A program made the translations under genes and the position numbers. DNA of 64,000 nt from Candidatus Micrarchaeota archaeon (GTDB lineage: Archaea > Micrarchaeota > Micrarchaeia > Anstonellales > Bilamarchaeaceae), in assembly GCA_016212505.1 (NCBI GenBank), contig JACRGB010000003.1, forward strand, positions 27,561 through 91,560. Reading direction: 5' to 3'. Shown one piece after another: positions 48,101-58,113 of the stretch. Position 1 is the first letter of the stretch; every line of letters begins with the position of its first letter. The notes below the pieces were generated by a model. That model was given only the letters and a program-made list of their open reading frames with translations. It was not told the origin of the DNA and ran no database searches.

Positions 48101-49624
48101 TGTGGCATTCATCATGGAAAATGCATTTGAGATTTCTGCACCCTCGTTGGAAATATTATAAAGTTGGAATAGTAAAGTAATATTAGATCCTGGTTTAAGA
48201 AGCATCTGGAAAGAGTCTTGGCCAGAGCCTCCTGAACTTAATGGAACTACTTTTAGAAGATATCTTTGAACTTGAAAAGTATACACTCCAGAATAATTTC
48301 TTCCCTGATAGGTAACTTGCGCAGTGGTTTTATAGAATCCAGTATCATTTGGTGCAGCAAAAGTCAGTGCACAGATAGTTGAACCCAGATAACTAGTATT
48401 AGTAAAGTTGAAACTTCCCACATAAGATCGATAATCAGTATTATTTTGAAGACGAAGTAGAGAAGTTACAGTTACTGCTGAACAATTAACGGTATTATTA
48501 TCTGAAGGGAAAGAACTATGAGATAGGAATTGATTATTACTGAGATTGGTGAGCAGGAAAAACAAAGTCATATTAGCACCTGGTTTTGCGCCATTAAATC
48601 CAAGGTCAGATAATTCAACAAATTTGCCTTCATCTGCATTTGTAGGTTGAAGAGAGGCAGATAACGAGGTTATACTAAATTTAAATGATGATTCCAAAAC
48701 GTTACTAGAAACAGTTGATTGGGCAATTAGTTTATACGTACCTTCGGTAGAAGGAAGAGTTATGTTTTTCTCATAAACACCTGGAGAAGTTTCACTAAAA
48801 CTACTAATTGAGGAAGCAGTACCATCTGGATAGGTTAAAGTTGCAGCCACGGTTTGACTACTAAATACCGAACCATTTGAATTTGATCTAAGAAGAACAC
48901 TGACAGTAGCATTTTCAGAAGGTGAAAATAAATTTGAAGCAAAACCGGATCTCTTTAGGGTTACGATAAGTTGACTATCTGAGATTAAATTAATGAAAAG
49001 AGTTCCCGCACCATGGCCAATTACAATAAAGTAAGACCCTGAATTGTTAGTAGGAGTAACTGTGTAATTTATATTTCCATTAGAAGCACTGCCATTTGAA
49101 AGATTGGTAAAGACCCAGTCAGTCCCATTAGCAAAACTTGATGCTGAAAATGCATTGATATTTGGAAGGATATTAGCAACTCCCCCGCCAGAGGAATTTG
49201 TAAGATTTATCGATATATTGAATGGTGTTCCTGGAGAAAAGGAAGGCGAACCAATAAAAGCAATTGAAACATTTGATATGTTAGAAACAATTAAGGGAAA
49301 TATAACAGTTAGTGCGGAAGAATTTGAGGTAATTGTTATGTTATAGATACCTTCTGAAGAAGGTGAAGTCAGATACACCCTAAATGTTCCGTCACTTCCG
49401 CTCAGATTGGATGCAACAGACATGCTACTATTTGAAGAATTACCTATAGTTACGGTTACATTAACATTAGAATAATTTTGTGAAGATGAGTTCAGTGCCT
49501 GGCCTCCCACACTAAAAGCAGTGGAAGGGGCAACAAACGGGGGGGCATTTGGTATAACCGCATCAGCAAAAGAGACAGCACAAAAAACCACTAAAACCGA
49601 AAACAATAATAAAATTGGGCGCAT
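45098..49624 (-). CDS. Large secreted surface glycoprotein (S-layer-like)
   Basis: Signal peptide; very many N-x-S/T sequons; beta-rich. Confidence 0.75.
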   Translation of the reverse strand: MRPILLLFSVLVVFCAVSFADAVIPNAPPFVAPSTAFSVGGQALNSSSQNYSNVNVTVTIGNSSNSSMSVASNLSGSDGTFRVYLTSPSSEGIYNITITSNSSALTVIFPLIVSNISNVSIAFIGSPSFSPGTPFNISINLTNSSGGGVANILPNINAFSASSFANGTDWVFTNLSNGSASNGNINYTVTPTNNSGSYFIVIGHGAGTLFINLISDSQLIVTLKRSGFASNLFSPSENATVSVLLRSNSNGSVFSSQTVAATLTYPDGTASSISSFSETSPGVYEKNITLPSTEGTYKLIAQSTVSSNVLESSFKFSITSLSASLQPTNADEGKFVELSDLGFNGAKPGANMTLFFLLTNLSNNQFLSHSSFPSDNNTVNCSAVTVTSLLRLQNNTDYRSYVGSFNFTNTSYLGSTICALTFAAPNDTGFYKTTAQVTYQGRNYSGVYTFQVQRYLLKVVPLSSGGSGQDSFQMLLKPGSNITLLFQLYNISNEGAEISNAFSMMNATNILHFVSGTNILPGQYGFNNSVSNTTNTVTITLPPNYTDIMLVGVSATTIYGDSLTSNVPIIAKRLVGFMAPAVGGGLANKTGENPPPPGGPGGFGGSGQIRCASGDIVAFNGRVNLVETGSAISGVSFTSNLSKVISELSGRDVSSCLSMNASSTSDSNGSIAANISYSCSLPPGRYVVMFNASYPDGGVVRNEIIPGFFSCSVISANIQATPVGTSSSGGGFFFQVSKSGCILLNTTSVGLTNGSNFTAGTLSVPQVSFMNFFGGSGGQRPDSLSSSASTLNASLNQSGGSLIICPQNFTTSNGSQASSWGSGSGFLAIRPRVCTSGDVACQDFDSGVPVGSSLETYIPFGPDAGNQSNPFQQPQTGNIGSNITLRIASFANLTNITSIRMNKEGPFPPTTVTSYNMSYLRNNTRFFDNRSFMLYELNMTIPTSISKGSNNIMIEVVGASGDRSTIFYHITVANVLAYVPLYGGDLRQGNGGMAIPQFMDMQLLQYGWNMSFINQTLLGGNLSFSDTVCYNNISAFGGQNDYFFIPLKDVTMNQPADTSFFPNVSFMILDSANTGRFDTLLVRNKTTPNSMNNASAFTIVNVTNRSIGANYSLVSIDSCSYFRAVYSGPISSGSLFSSMFNLGEYGVNTNITVPLVFKAGSLSANGSTANITSLYRRTGNSFGIGTLVDPSNYTVVTNVTDSNGLALLTLNLTTSGVYTIFWRINGTTYNDSSSPGGNQFGMSTNPTIVARNFRPYASTLGADNFRQIREVTNDMNVTLSNASTGNVELFNATNLSLFSYNFGNKTSNVTFNSTDKSISINYVSNMNTSTPAFCDGANCTISSVFQFFQIPFQDQLKLAVMQNSSSGNLSFLKFGSYRARTDTTPFANVNNSAQNVSVLVCAESYAFPPLPLSNANITNATAMTFSQNSPPQTTALAMFDPYTNQSISSIATGPSGCALITLSPRGLSGDVWPSSNFGPPTQVYFTINNTGSIEDTNSMDRMINVFVR

Positions 49625-49752
49625 GACTGAACAAAAAGAATAAAATATATAAAGCTATCGTTGAGTTGTCGGCGATTGTAAAGAAAAACGGTGAACAGAA
49701 CATAAAAGATTCGGAAAGAATTCTGTATGCATTCGGAGCGGCACCTAAAACA

Positions 49753-50154
49753 TTATTTTGTTTGTATTCGTCTCGCAACCTCTTTCAGATGCCCGAACCG
49801 TCTGTCCATATCATTCTGCATTTCGCTCAATGTCTGCTCGAGGTTATCTCCTCGAAGACGATAGATGCGTCCGTCCCGAATTACTAGGCCAGATCGCTGG
49901 AACATATTAAGATGATAAATAACTGCAGCCTGACTTACTTCGCTTAGTTCCATAATATCTTTAGAAGAAATACCAGTTCCTTGCCCGCTTGCTTTGACCA
50001 AAGCCCGGAAAACTAAAAGGCCAACGTCGTCCCGTTCATCCCCAAGCCCAAGACACTGATATATATAGTCTATTTCAGCATTCTCATCCTGCTCCTGCTG
50101 AGGGAGGGCGATATAACGGATAATGATCTGACGGTAATATTTTCTTTGCGTCAT
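49753..50154 (-). CDS. Winged-helix (ArsR-like) regulator divergent from grpE-dnaK
   Basis: ISSKDIMELSEVSQAAVIYHLNMFQRSGLV HTH. Confidence 0.75.
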   Translation of the reverse strand: MTQRKYYRQIIIRYIALPQQEQDENAEIDYIYQCLGLGDERDDVGLLVFRALVKASGQGTGISSKDIMELSEVSQAAVIYHLNMFQRSGLVIRDGRIYRLRGDNLEQTLSEMQNDMDRRFGHLKEVARRIQTK

Positions 50155-50206
50155 AGGTAATGAATTTAACCTAAATATTTAAAAATCCTTCTAAATATTA
50201 AACAAT

Positions 50207-50806
50207 TTGTTAAAAAAATCAACAGAACATGAAATGGTGATTACTATAGCTGATGATAAAAAAACAATAGGAAATCAAAAATTTGATGAACTCAAAGCAC
50301 CACCAGAAGAAAAGTTAGTTGAACATGAAAAACAAGACTTGCTAGAAGAAAAGTCCGGAACGCATGAGAAAGATCAGAAACTCAAGGAGTTAGCAGATCG
50401 AATGTTAAGAATGCAGGCAGATTTTGAAAATTACAAAAAAAGGACTGCCAAGGAAAACGAATCGATGCGCGAATTTGCAAATGTGGATTTGCTTCTCAAA
50501 CTACTAACTATTGTGGATGATTTTGAAATCGCCTTAGACCATGTTGAGCAGTCCAAATCCAAAGAGTTCAAAACAGGAATGGAGCTTTTGTATGCCAAAT
50601 TTTTAGACTTACTAAAAAAAGAAGGAGTAGACGGGATGAAGGTAGCCGGAGAAAAATTTGATCCATACAAACATGAGGCGCTTCGGCAAGGTGAAGGTGA
50701 GGAAGGGAAGATAGTTGAAGTAATGCAAAAAGGATATTTGTTTAGGGGAAAAGTACTCCGGCATGCTAAAGTAGTTGTCGGAATGGGCCAGGGTGAGAAA
50801 AAGTAA
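50207..50806 (+). CDS. grpE: Nucleotide exchange factor GrpE (exact start uncertain)
   Basis: LRMQADFENYKKR, FDPYKHEA, QKGY..VLRHAKVVV. Confidence 0.95.
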   Translation: MLKKSTEHEMVITIADDKKTIGNQKFDELKAPPEEKLVEHEKQDLLEEKSGTHEKDQKLKELADRMLRMQADFENYKKRTAKENESMREFANVDLLLKLLTIVDDFEIALDHVEQSKSKEFKTGMELLYAKFLDLLKKEGVDGMKVAGEKFDPYKHEALRQGEGEEGKIVEVMQKGYLFRGKVLRHAKVVVGMGQGEKK

Positions 50807-50817
50807 GAGGTGTTGGC

Positions 50818-50949
50818 ATGAATCGCCAGATTATGAGCATGGATAAATTAGCTGAAATGGGATTCGATAGCGAAAAGCAGTTAATAGAATATTTGAAAAT
50901 AATGCGATCACTGCAAAAGCAAAAAATACTGGTGGGTATCGCAAGTTAG
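50818..50949 (+). CDS. 43-aa small protein between grpE and dnaK
   Basis: GAGGTG RBS + ATG; MNRQIMSMDKLAEMGFDSEKQLIEYLKIMRSLQKQKILVGIAS. Confidence 0.45.
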   Translation: MNRQIMSMDKLAEMGFDSEKQLIEYLKIMRSLQKQKILVGIAS

Positions 50950-51011
50950 TTTGGTTATGCTAAATTGAATTATGTTAAAAAAAATGAAGTGTAATAAGGA
51001 GGGAAATTTTT

Positions 51012-52877
51012 ATGGGAAGAATAATTGGTATTGATTTAGGAACAAGTAATTCAGCAGCAGCATATTTGGAAAATGGAAGGCCGAAAATTATTCCAAGTGC
51101 TGAAGGAATAACTCAATATGGGAAAGCATTTCCAAGTTATGTTGCACTTACAAAAGATGGCCAAAGAATAATTGGTGAACCAGCCAGAAGGCAGGCAGTA
51201 ACAAATGCTGAAGGAACGGTTTCAGCATTCAAAAGAAAAATGGGAACCGACTATAAATACCAGATTTTTGGGAAAGAATATCGGCCGCAGGAATTATCTG
51301 CATTTATTTTGCAGAAGATAAAAAAAGATGCAGAAGAGTTCTTGGGCGAAACTGTTGATAAAGTTGTGATCACAGTTCCTGCTTACTTTAATGATAATCA
51401 GAGGCAGGCGACCAAAGATGCCGGGTCAATTGCAGGTTTAGAAGTGACCAGGCTAGTTAACGAGCCAACTGCAGCATGCCTTGCATATGGGTTGGATAAA
51501 GTCGGCAAGGACATGAAGATCCTTGTTTTCGATTTAGGCGGAGGAACCTTAGATGTAACCATCATGGATTTTGGTGGGGGCGTTTTCGAAGTAAAATCCA
51601 CAAATGGAGATACACAATTAGGCGGAACGGATATGGATAGAATAATTTCAGAATATCTTACCGATCAATTTAGGAAGGAGAGTGGTGTCGATGTCAGTAA
51701 AGATAAGCAAGCACAGCGCAGAATCTTGGAAGCAGCTGAGAAGGCGAAAATTGAGTTATCAACAACTCTTGAATCTGAGGTCAATTTGCCTTTCCTTACT
51801 TCAGTAAATAATGAGCCGAAACATTTTGTGCACAAATTAACCAAGGCAAAACTTGAGGACCTTATAAGGCCGATTATTGAAAAATGCCGTGGCCCAATTG
51901 AGCAGGCAATGAGGGATGCAAAACTATCGCCTGCCCAGATTGACAAAATAATTATGGTCGGTGGTCCGACAAGAATGCCAATTGTGCAGAAATTCGTTGA
52001 AGATACTGTTGGCAAGAAAGTGGAAAGAGGAATCGACCCGATGGAATGTGTTGCAATGGGCGCAGCAATCCAGGGAGGAGTTCTTTCTGGCGAAGTAAAA
52101 GACATTCTTTTGTTAGATGTTACTCCACTTTCATTAGGCCTTGAAACAATGGGTGGCGTTTCAACAAAATTGATTGAAAGGAATACAACAATACCAACCA
52201 AAAAGAGCCAGGTATTCTCTACCGCAAGCGACATGCAGACCGCAGTCGATATCCACATCTTACAGGGCGAGCGACCGATGGCAAAGGACAATGTTTCACT
52301 AGGTAAATTTACCTTAGTTGGGATACCACCAGCGCCACGAGGAGTACCGCAAGTTGAGGTTACATTTGATATTGATGCAAATGGTATTTTGCATGTTAGC
52401 GCAAAAGATAAGGCTAGCAACAAGGAACAGAGTATGAGGGTTAGTTCGCCAATGAAAATGTCTGATAGCGAAATAAAAGCAAAAATGGGAGACGCGGATA
52501 AATTTGCTGAAGAAGATAAGAAAGCATTTGAACTGGCGACTGCCAAAAACGAAGCTGAATCCATGCTTTATTTGGTCAAGAAAACTGAGGAAGAATTCAA
52601 GGCTAAAATGTCCAAGGAGCAGTTTGATAAAATTGAAGAAGCCAAAAAGAGACTTGAAGATGCTTTAATTAGCGAAGACGTTGCGAAGATTCGAAGCGAA
52701 ACTGAAGCGCTCAAAAAAGTTTTGGAAGAAGTTGGCGGATCATTCTACCAGCAGGCAGGAGGCCCGAACATGGGCGGAGAGGGACAGCCACCTCCGGGCG
52801 GAAACGAAGGAGGGGAAAAGCAGGGAAACGGGCCGGACGAAAAAGTTGTCGACGGGAAGTACGAGAATGTTAAATAG
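51012..52877 (+). CDS. dnaK: Chaperone DnaK (Hsp70)
   Basis: [37 protein letters not shown]. Confidence 0.98.
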   Translation: MGRIIGIDLGTSNSAAAYLENGRPKIIPSAEGITQYGKAFPSYVALTKDGQRIIGEPARRQAVTNAEGTVSAFKRKMGTDYKYQIFGKEYRPQELSAFILQKIKKDAEEFLGETVDKVVITVPAYFNDNQRQATKDAGSIAGLEVTRLVNEPTAACLAYGLDKVGKDMKILVFDLGGGTLDVTIMDFGGGVFEVKSTNGDTQLGGTDMDRIISEYLTDQFRKESGVDVSKDKQAQRRILEAAEKAKIELSTTLESEVNLPFLTSVNNEPKHFVHKLTKAKLEDLIRPIIEKCRGPIEQAMRDAKLSPAQIDKIIMVGGPTRMPIVQKFVEDTVGKKVERGIDPMECVAMGAAIQGGVLSGEVKDILLLDVTPLSLGLETMGGVSTKLIERNTTIPTKKSQVFSTASDMQTAVDIHILQGERPMAKDNVSLGKFTLVGIPPAPRGVPQVEVTFDIDANGILHVSAKDKASNKEQSMRVSSPMKMSDSEIKAKMGDADKFAEEDKKAFELATAKNEAESMLYLVKKTEEEFKAKMSKEQFDKIEEAKKRLEDALISEDVAKIRSETEALKKVLEEVGGSFYQQAGGPNMGGEGQPPPGGNEGGEKQGNGPDEKVVDGKYENVK

Positions 52878-52925
52878 GATTAACTATTAGAAATTTCGAA
52901 AATTGGATGAGGAAAGAGGCAAAAA

Positions 52926-53573
52926 ATGTCCAAAAAAAAGAATAACGCAAAAGAATCAATTCCTGGAATTGTCGACGAGTTAAAGAAACTTAACACGAAA
53001 ATGGGCAATATTGAAAAAAATATGCGAAAAGATAACTTAGACAGGTTGTTTGGCAAACTCGAATTTCCTGCAACATTCTTTTTAGGAATTTTGACCCTCT
53101 GGATACTCTATAATCAAAACGCCATACTTCAATATGAGAAGACTCCGATTGTCGATGTGGCTTATTCTTCTTGCCCTCTTAGCTTTACAGGCTATTATGT
53201 TCTGGATGACATTACCTTGCTTCCGAGAGGAGTACGAACCACCCACAAAGTGAAGATAGAATCGAATGAATTAAATAAAGCGTGCGTAAACATTTTCGGT
53301 TCGCCCATTAATACCACGCCTCCAGTTGGTTGTGAGTATGACAAGGCAGAAACATTTTGGTTTTCTGCGGCAGATAATCAAATAAACTATTATTTCATCA
53401 TCTCTCCGAAAAATTGGGGAGACTATCTCCAATATAATATTAGTTACGAATATCACGATAGAATTCAGTTTGGGGATAACAGTTCTATAGGCAAAGCGTA
53501 TCGAACTTGCGAGTATAAGTCTACGAATGGTACATACATATTAAAAAATCAAAGTGGATGGGTATTCGGTTAA
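52926..53573 (+). CDS. Hypothetical single-TM protein inside the chaperone cluster
   Basis: Coiled N-terminus, one TM helix, extracellular Cys-containing domain. Confidence 0.65.
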   Translation: MSKKKNNAKESIPGIVDELKKLNTKMGNIEKNMRKDNLDRLFGKLEFPATFFLGILTLWILYNQNAILQYEKTPIVDVAYSSCPLSFTGYYVLDDITLLPRGVRTTHKVKIESNELNKACVNIFGSPINTTPPVGCEYDKAETFWFSAADNQINYYFIISPKNWGDYLQYNISYEYHDRIQFGDNSSIGKAYRTCEYKSTNGTYILKNQSGWVFG

Positions 53574-53593
53574 AATTTATATGAGGCGAAAGT

Positions 53594-53908
53594 ATGCCAA
53601 AAAACTACCGTTCTGTGCTTGGAGTTTCCAAAGATGCTAGCGAAGAGGACATAAAAAAAGCATACCGAAAACTGGCACTCTTGTACCACCCGGACCGAAA
53701 TCCAGGTGATAAAAAAGCTGAAGAAAAATTCAAAGAGATAAGTGAAGCTTACGCAATACTTACTGGAAAAGAAAAAGAAGCTCCGGAAATAATTGTAAGA
53801 AGATCGCGAAGCAGGGCAAGAGAAGGCGAAATATTCTCCTGGCAAACCGAAGTGGTCCAGATATGGGACGAGATAATAAATCAAAGGGACAATAACATGT
53901 ATCGCTAA
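53594..53908 (+). CDS. Stand-alone J-domain protein
   Basis: [17 protein letters not shown]...[10 protein letters not shown]. Confidence 0.9.
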   Translation: MPKNYRSVLGVSKDASEEDIKKAYRKLALLYHPDRNPGDKKAEEKFKEISEAYAILTGKEKEAPEIIVRRSRSRAREGEIFSWQTEVVQIWDEIINQRDNNMYR

Positions 53909-53927
53909 GATAAAGGTAAGTGAGAGG

Positions 53928-54044
53928 ATGAAAAAACCCATACAAAAACCCGCTGATTTGATGGATGCCATGGATCGGTTAGTCAGTAAAACCAAAACAC
54001 CAGATATATTGGAAAAACTTAAGAAAAGCAGGCAGGAATGGTAG
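53928..54044 (+). CDS. 38-aa small ORF resembling an antitoxin C-terminal fragment
   Basis: MKKPIQKPADLMDAMDRLVSKTKTPDILEKLKKSRQEW. Confidence 0.35.
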   Translation: MKKPIQKPADLMDAMDRLVSKTKTPDILEKLKKSRQEW

Positions 54045-54163
54045 GCTGAAAATAGCATTAGTTAGTTTTCCTCGAAAATGTTTTTTTAAATGACCTAACT
54101 AGGGATTCGGGTTGGATGGTTGGGTAAATATGAAACAGTAGATATGATGAATTTGTGATATTT

Positions 54164-55300
54164 ATGGCCGAAAAAAGAGATTATTATGAAGTCCTAGGTG
54201 TCGCGAAGGCGGCCAACAAAGAGCAGATCAAGGATGCTTATCGGAAATTAGCGCTAAAATACCATCCTGACCGAAACCCAGGCGATAAGGCATCAGAAGA
54301 AAAATTCAAGGAGCTTAGCGAAGCATATGCTGTTCTTAGTGATGATGGGAAGAGAAGTCAGTACGACCAATATGGCCATGCTGGCTTTGACCAAAGATAT
54401 TCGCAGGAAGATATTTTCCGAGGTGCGGATTTTTCTGATTTTGAGGATATGGTGAAAGGATTTGGTTTTGGTGGCGGCGGAGGTTCGCCATTTGGGGACA
54501 TGTTCGGTTCAATGTTTGGTGGCGGATTTGGCCAAGGGGGAAGGCGAGGCGAGTATGGAGCGGATCTGCAAACCAGAGTGGAAATAACTCTTGAAGAAGC
54601 AGCAAAAGGCGTAAAAAAAGAAATTAGTTATCATCATTCTAAGGCGTGCAACAAGTGTTCGGGAAGCGGAAGCGAACCAGGGAGTAGAAGGACAACCTGC
54701 AGCACCTGCCATGGCCGTGGCCAAGTGCAGCAAGCGCGGCGTGCTGGGCCAATGGCATTTTACACAGTAACCACCTGCAACAAATGCAGTGGAGAGGGCC
54801 AGATGGTTGAGAAACCATGCAAAAACTGTAATGGTTCTGGGAAAATGAGCGGGAATGAGCACATCAACGTGGATATTCCTGCAGGAATTGAAAACGGGAT
54901 GCGCATGAGGCTCGAAAACCTAGGTGAATTTGGCAAAGACGGATCCGGCGACCTTTATGTAGATGTTTATGTCAAAAAACACCAGACATTTGAGCGGGAA
55001 GGGGAAAATATTTGGATAAATAAGGAAATTACTTTCCCAGAAGCAGCACTTGGCGGAGAAGTTGAAGTGCCAACACTCTTTGGAAAGGCAAAACTAAATG
55101 TCCCGGTTGGAACAGCGTCGCATACGGTTTTCCGCCTTAAGGGAGAGGGAATGCCAAAGCTTAGGAGAGGCGGAAAAGGGGATGAGATGGTTCGGGTAAT
55201 TGTTAGCATCCCAAAAAAGCTGACAAAAAAACAAAAGGAACTTTTGGCAGAATTTGAAAAAGAAGGGGAAAAGAAAAGCGGGATATTCGGGGTATTTTAA
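54164..55300 (+). CDS. dnaJ: Chaperone DnaJ
   Basis: J domain HPD, G/F-rich region, four CxxCxGxG repeats. Confidence 0.97.
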   Translation: MAEKRDYYEVLGVAKAANKEQIKDAYRKLALKYHPDRNPGDKASEEKFKELSEAYAVLSDDGKRSQYDQYGHAGFDQRYSQEDIFRGADFSDFEDMVKGFGFGGGGGSPFGDMFGSMFGGGFGQGGRRGEYGADLQTRVEITLEEAAKGVKKEISYHHSKACNKCSGSGSEPGSRRTTCSTCHGRGQVQQARRAGPMAFYTVTTCNKCSGEGQMVEKPCKNCNGSGKMSGNEHINVDIPAGIENGMRMRLENLGEFGKDGSGDLYVDVYVKKHQTFEREGENIWINKEITFPEAALGGEVEVPTLFGKAKLNVPVGTASHTVFRLKGEGMPKLRRGGKGDEMVRVIVSIPKKLTKKQKELLAEFEKEGEKKSGIFGVF

Positions 55301-55312
55301 AAGTGAAAAAAA

Positions 55313-55702
55313 CTACTCGTGCTCGACCATATAGACAGTGACTTTAGCAGTTCCTGGTTCTGATCCTCGTTCTACCTTTATACGCATTCCATCACTTATT
55401 TGATGGGTGCCGTAAGAATAGCGTTTTCTTTCGGTCTCACCTCTAGTTAGAACTTCGATCCCTTTATCATCCACTTTATCAACAATTCCGGCATGAAGAA
55501 ATATGCGGGAGTCTTGCTTCATCTGAATAACTACAAATTCACTTCTTTGTCCAACGATTCGGGTTCCGAAATCTTCATATTTTTGACAACCGCATAGGGT
55601 TCCCGCCATAAGCGCCGTACTAAATAAAGCAGCTCGAGTTAGAATTCTGGCTGTCGAATAGGTACGGAAAACAATATTGGATCTTTGTAATACTCCACTC
55701 AT
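55313..55702 (-). CDS. Hypothetical membrane-anchored protein
   Basis: GAGGTG RBS before ATG 55702; hydrophobic helix ending in LCGC. Confidence 0.6.
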   Translation of the reverse strand: MSGVLQRSNIVFRTYSTARILTRAALFSTALMAGTLCGCQKYEDFGTRIVGQRSEFVVIQMKQDSRIFLHAGIVDKVDDKGIEVLTRGETERKRYSYGTHQISDGMRIKVERGSEPGTAKVTVYMVEHE

Positions 55703-55846
55703 TAAGTCCACCTCAATGAAATAGTATATCGACAAATGTATTTAAAAGACCACCGTTATCTTTTGTATTTCTATTGAAGGTAACTTACAAGAAAAACAGA
55801 AAGTCGACGGTGCTGCACAATTAGAAGCAAACTTCGGCACAGCCAA

Positions 55847-56824
55847 TCAATTTTTCAGGAAATTGCGTATAAGATCGCTAAGGGATGGCGAGCTGCTGTT
55901 TGTGCTTTCAAACATATCAGTTCCATGTGCCGATCCATCATAAATTTTTGTTGTGGTTTCCGGAGTGTTCCTAACCGAAGCAATTGTTGAAGCTGCCTGG
56001 GCAGAATAGCGGTCATTAGTTGTTGCAACCACAAGAATATCATGCCTATAATCAGAAAGCGAGGATTGTATATTAACATCCTGATAACTCATACCAGGAG
56101 ATAACATGACTATTTTTCCTATATAATTATCCTGCGCACCAGCCAAAATAGCAGCAGTTGAGCCAATGCTCGCACCAACAACATAAAATGATTTGACGGT
56201 CGGGTATTTTTCTGCAAAATATTTCCTTGCGCTTAGTATGTCGGTTTTCATATCCATAAAGCCAGCACTATCGAAGCTTTTCCAGCTGCCCAGGTTTGTG
56301 CTTTTCCCATTTCCCCGCGCATCAATTGCAAGGATCATGGCATCGGGAATTTCATCATGAAGTCTTTCGATAAATCTTTGGGGGTAACTATCGCGGGTCT
56401 TATCGAGCATTGGTACCAGCAGGATGAGCTTGGTTGCAGACTGGGAATTCTTGTTAGGGTAAAGGGTGCCAAAAATTGTCCAGCCTGAAGAATAATAGGA
56501 AATTTCCTGCGAGGGTATTGTGCTAGCACCAGGAGTTGGGACCGGGGGAAGGGAATTGTTTATCGTATTAGCTGGGTTAATGGGCTGGGATGGCGGAACG
56601 ATCGTAGGTTGATTAGGCGGAACGGTTGGAGGCGGAGCAGATGGTGATGTGGGAGTTTGATTTACTGAAGGTTGCGGAGTTGGTTCGCTGGGAGTGATAG
56701 ATCCAGTTTGATTATTTGGTAATGGGGAGTTATTTGCAGGGTTTTCAGTAAGATTGACAGCGGATTTCTGGCCGATACAGCCAAACAGCAGGACAACAGA
56801 TAACAACAATACTACAAAACGCAT
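55847..56824 (-). CDS. Lipoprotein alpha/beta hydrolase with Pro-rich linker
   Basis: LLFGC lipobox, IDARGNGKS, GASIG nucleophile elbow, AHGT. Confidence 0.85.
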   Translation of the reverse strand: MRFVVLLLSVVLLFGCIGQKSAVNLTENPANNSPLPNNQTGSITPSEPTPQPSVNQTPTSPSAPPPTVPPNQPTIVPPSQPINPANTINNSLPPVPTPGASTIPSQEISYYSSGWTIFGTLYPNKNSQSATKLILLVPMLDKTRDSYPQRFIERLHDEIPDAMILAIDARGNGKSTNLGSWKSFDSAGFMDMKTDILSARKYFAEKYPTVKSFYVVGASIGSTAAILAGAQDNYIGKIVMLSPGMSYQDVNIQSSLSDYRHDILVVATTNDRYSAQAASTIASVRNTPETTTKIYDGSAHGTDMFESTNSSSPSLSDLIRNFLKN

Positions 56825-56848
56825 GATAGTGGTTCGCCTTTTGGCTTT

Positions 56849-57619
56849 TTATCCATTTGGATTTTCAACTAAAGCGGCAATTTCCAAGCATTCCTCTTTT
56901 GAAAGGGTTCTTGGCCTTCTTGATGCAAAGGCACCAAGCGCTCCTAATTGTTCCTTGCTAAATAGTTTTGAATTTTCGAGCGCATTTTTGGTCGTCTTGT
57001 TACGATGCTGGAACAATGAGCGTACAACATCTTCCTGGAGCTTTGTCATTTTGAAGTTTGTTGGCTTAAGCAGAATTATTGCAGAATCAACTTTTGGCCG
57101 TGGGGTAAAAAGGCCTTTGGAAACATACCTTTCAATTTTAATTTCAAAGGCCAGCTGCGAAGTAACACTGAGCCTTCCATAATTTTTATCCCCTGCTTTT
57201 GCGATCATTTTCTGTGCAAATTCTTTTTGAACCATTAGCAGAGCATTATTGAACTTGAGGTTTGGCAAGCTGAAGATAATATCTGATGAGATGTAGTATG
57301 GGATATTTCCCACAATCACATCGGCTTCGGGCAACTTGCCTAGCAAGTTGAGAAAATCGCCTTCAATTATTTCGACTTTTGTAACGGTATTTTTCTGCTC
57401 AAAATCAAAAAACTTCTCGCGCAATATTGATACGAACCGGTGGTCGAACTCGACAATGAATAAATTTTTTGGTTTTTGTTCGAGTAATTTTTCGCTTAAA
57501 CGTCCGTCTCCTCCGCCAATTTCAAGCACTCGTTTGTCAGTAACTTGGGCTAAGCGCGCTTCAAGCGAAAGCATGTTCGGGTCAGTTAGGAAGTTCTGGC
57601 CGAGGCTTTTCTTAAGCAT
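56849..57619 (-). CDS. ksgA: 16S rRNA adenine dimethyltransferase KsgA/Dim1
   Basis: KKSLGQNFL, VLEIGGGDG, GNIPYYISS, YGRLSV. Confidence 0.95.
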   Translation of the reverse strand: MLKKSLGQNFLTDPNMLSLEARLAQVTDKRVLEIGGGDGRLSEKLLEQKPKNLFIVEFDHRFVSILREKFFDFEQKNTVTKVEIIEGDFLNLLGKLPEADVIVGNIPYYISSDIIFSLPNLKFNNALLMVQKEFAQKMIAKAGDKNYGRLSVTSQLAFEIKIERYVSKGLFTPRPKVDSAIILLKPTNFKMTKLQEDVVRSLFQHRNKTTKNALENSKLFSKEQLGALGAFASRRPRTLSKEECLEIAALVENPNG

Positions 57620-57860
57620 GCGTTTCCTCTTTTTTTCCTTCGATTAAAAGTATGGCATCGATAAAGCCATATGCATAATTAGCAGCAGCAAAGGAAGTGA
57701 AATAGTCGCCTTTATCAAAAAAATGCTTTGAATCATCATAGTAGTTGGAAGCATAGTCAAGAATTTGAGGATATTTATTAGCAAGACCGAAATTTTTGAA
57801 AACTTCGATTATTCGCTCGAGTTTTTGGATATCTTTCAAAACGCGGTCTTTTTCGTCCAT
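57612..57860 (-). CDS. DUF357 family protein
   Basis: YYDDSKHFFDKGDYFTSFAAANYAYGFIDA. Confidence 0.88.
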   Translation of the reverse strand: MDEKDRVLKDIQKLERIIEVFKNFGLANKYPQILDYASNYYDDSKHFFDKGDYFTSFAAANYAYGFIDAILLIEGKKEETHA

Positions 57861-57879
57861 GAGAAACAAAACCCATTCA

Positions 57880-57921
57880 AAACAGGAAACTTAAAACTCA
57901 AAACGCGAAACCCGAGACACA
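57880..57921. repeat. Degenerate 7-bp tandem repeat (6 units)
   Basis: AAACAGG AAACTTA AAACTCA AAACGCG AAACCCG AGACACA. Confidence 0.6.
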
Positions 57922-57944
57922 AAAAGATCATCGGATAAATATAG

Positions 57945-58062
57945 GTGTCAGCAGCAGCGTACCTTCCCGATCAGAGATCAGTACAAGTATTGCCGTGAAA
58001 GGTCTTCACTTCTGAGTTCGGTATGGGATCAGGTGTTACCCCCTTCCTATGACCGCTGACAG
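57945..58062 (-). rRNA. rrf: 5S rRNA, unlinked from 16S/23S
   Basis: Reverse complement contains GCGGUCAUAG...AACACCUGAUCCCAUACCGAACUCAGAAGUGAAG; termini pair (UGUCAGC/GCUGACA); TATA at 58081-58090. Confidence 0.93.
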
Positions 58063-58113
58063 GATATCTATGAGTATAAGTATTTAAAAAGCTAGGCGAG
58101 GCAATAATTATAC

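Noticed and set aside
51665-52564. 299-aa antisense ORF within dnaK, and similar antisense ORFs in mcm, dnaG and leuS
   Set aside because: Shadow ORFs opposite conserved genes, with no motifs of their own.
4900-55760. Special RTG-NNN-TTTTA promoter motif upstream of orphan genes
   Set aside because: Too short and degenerate, and also present upstream of mcm; cannot be supported without statistics.
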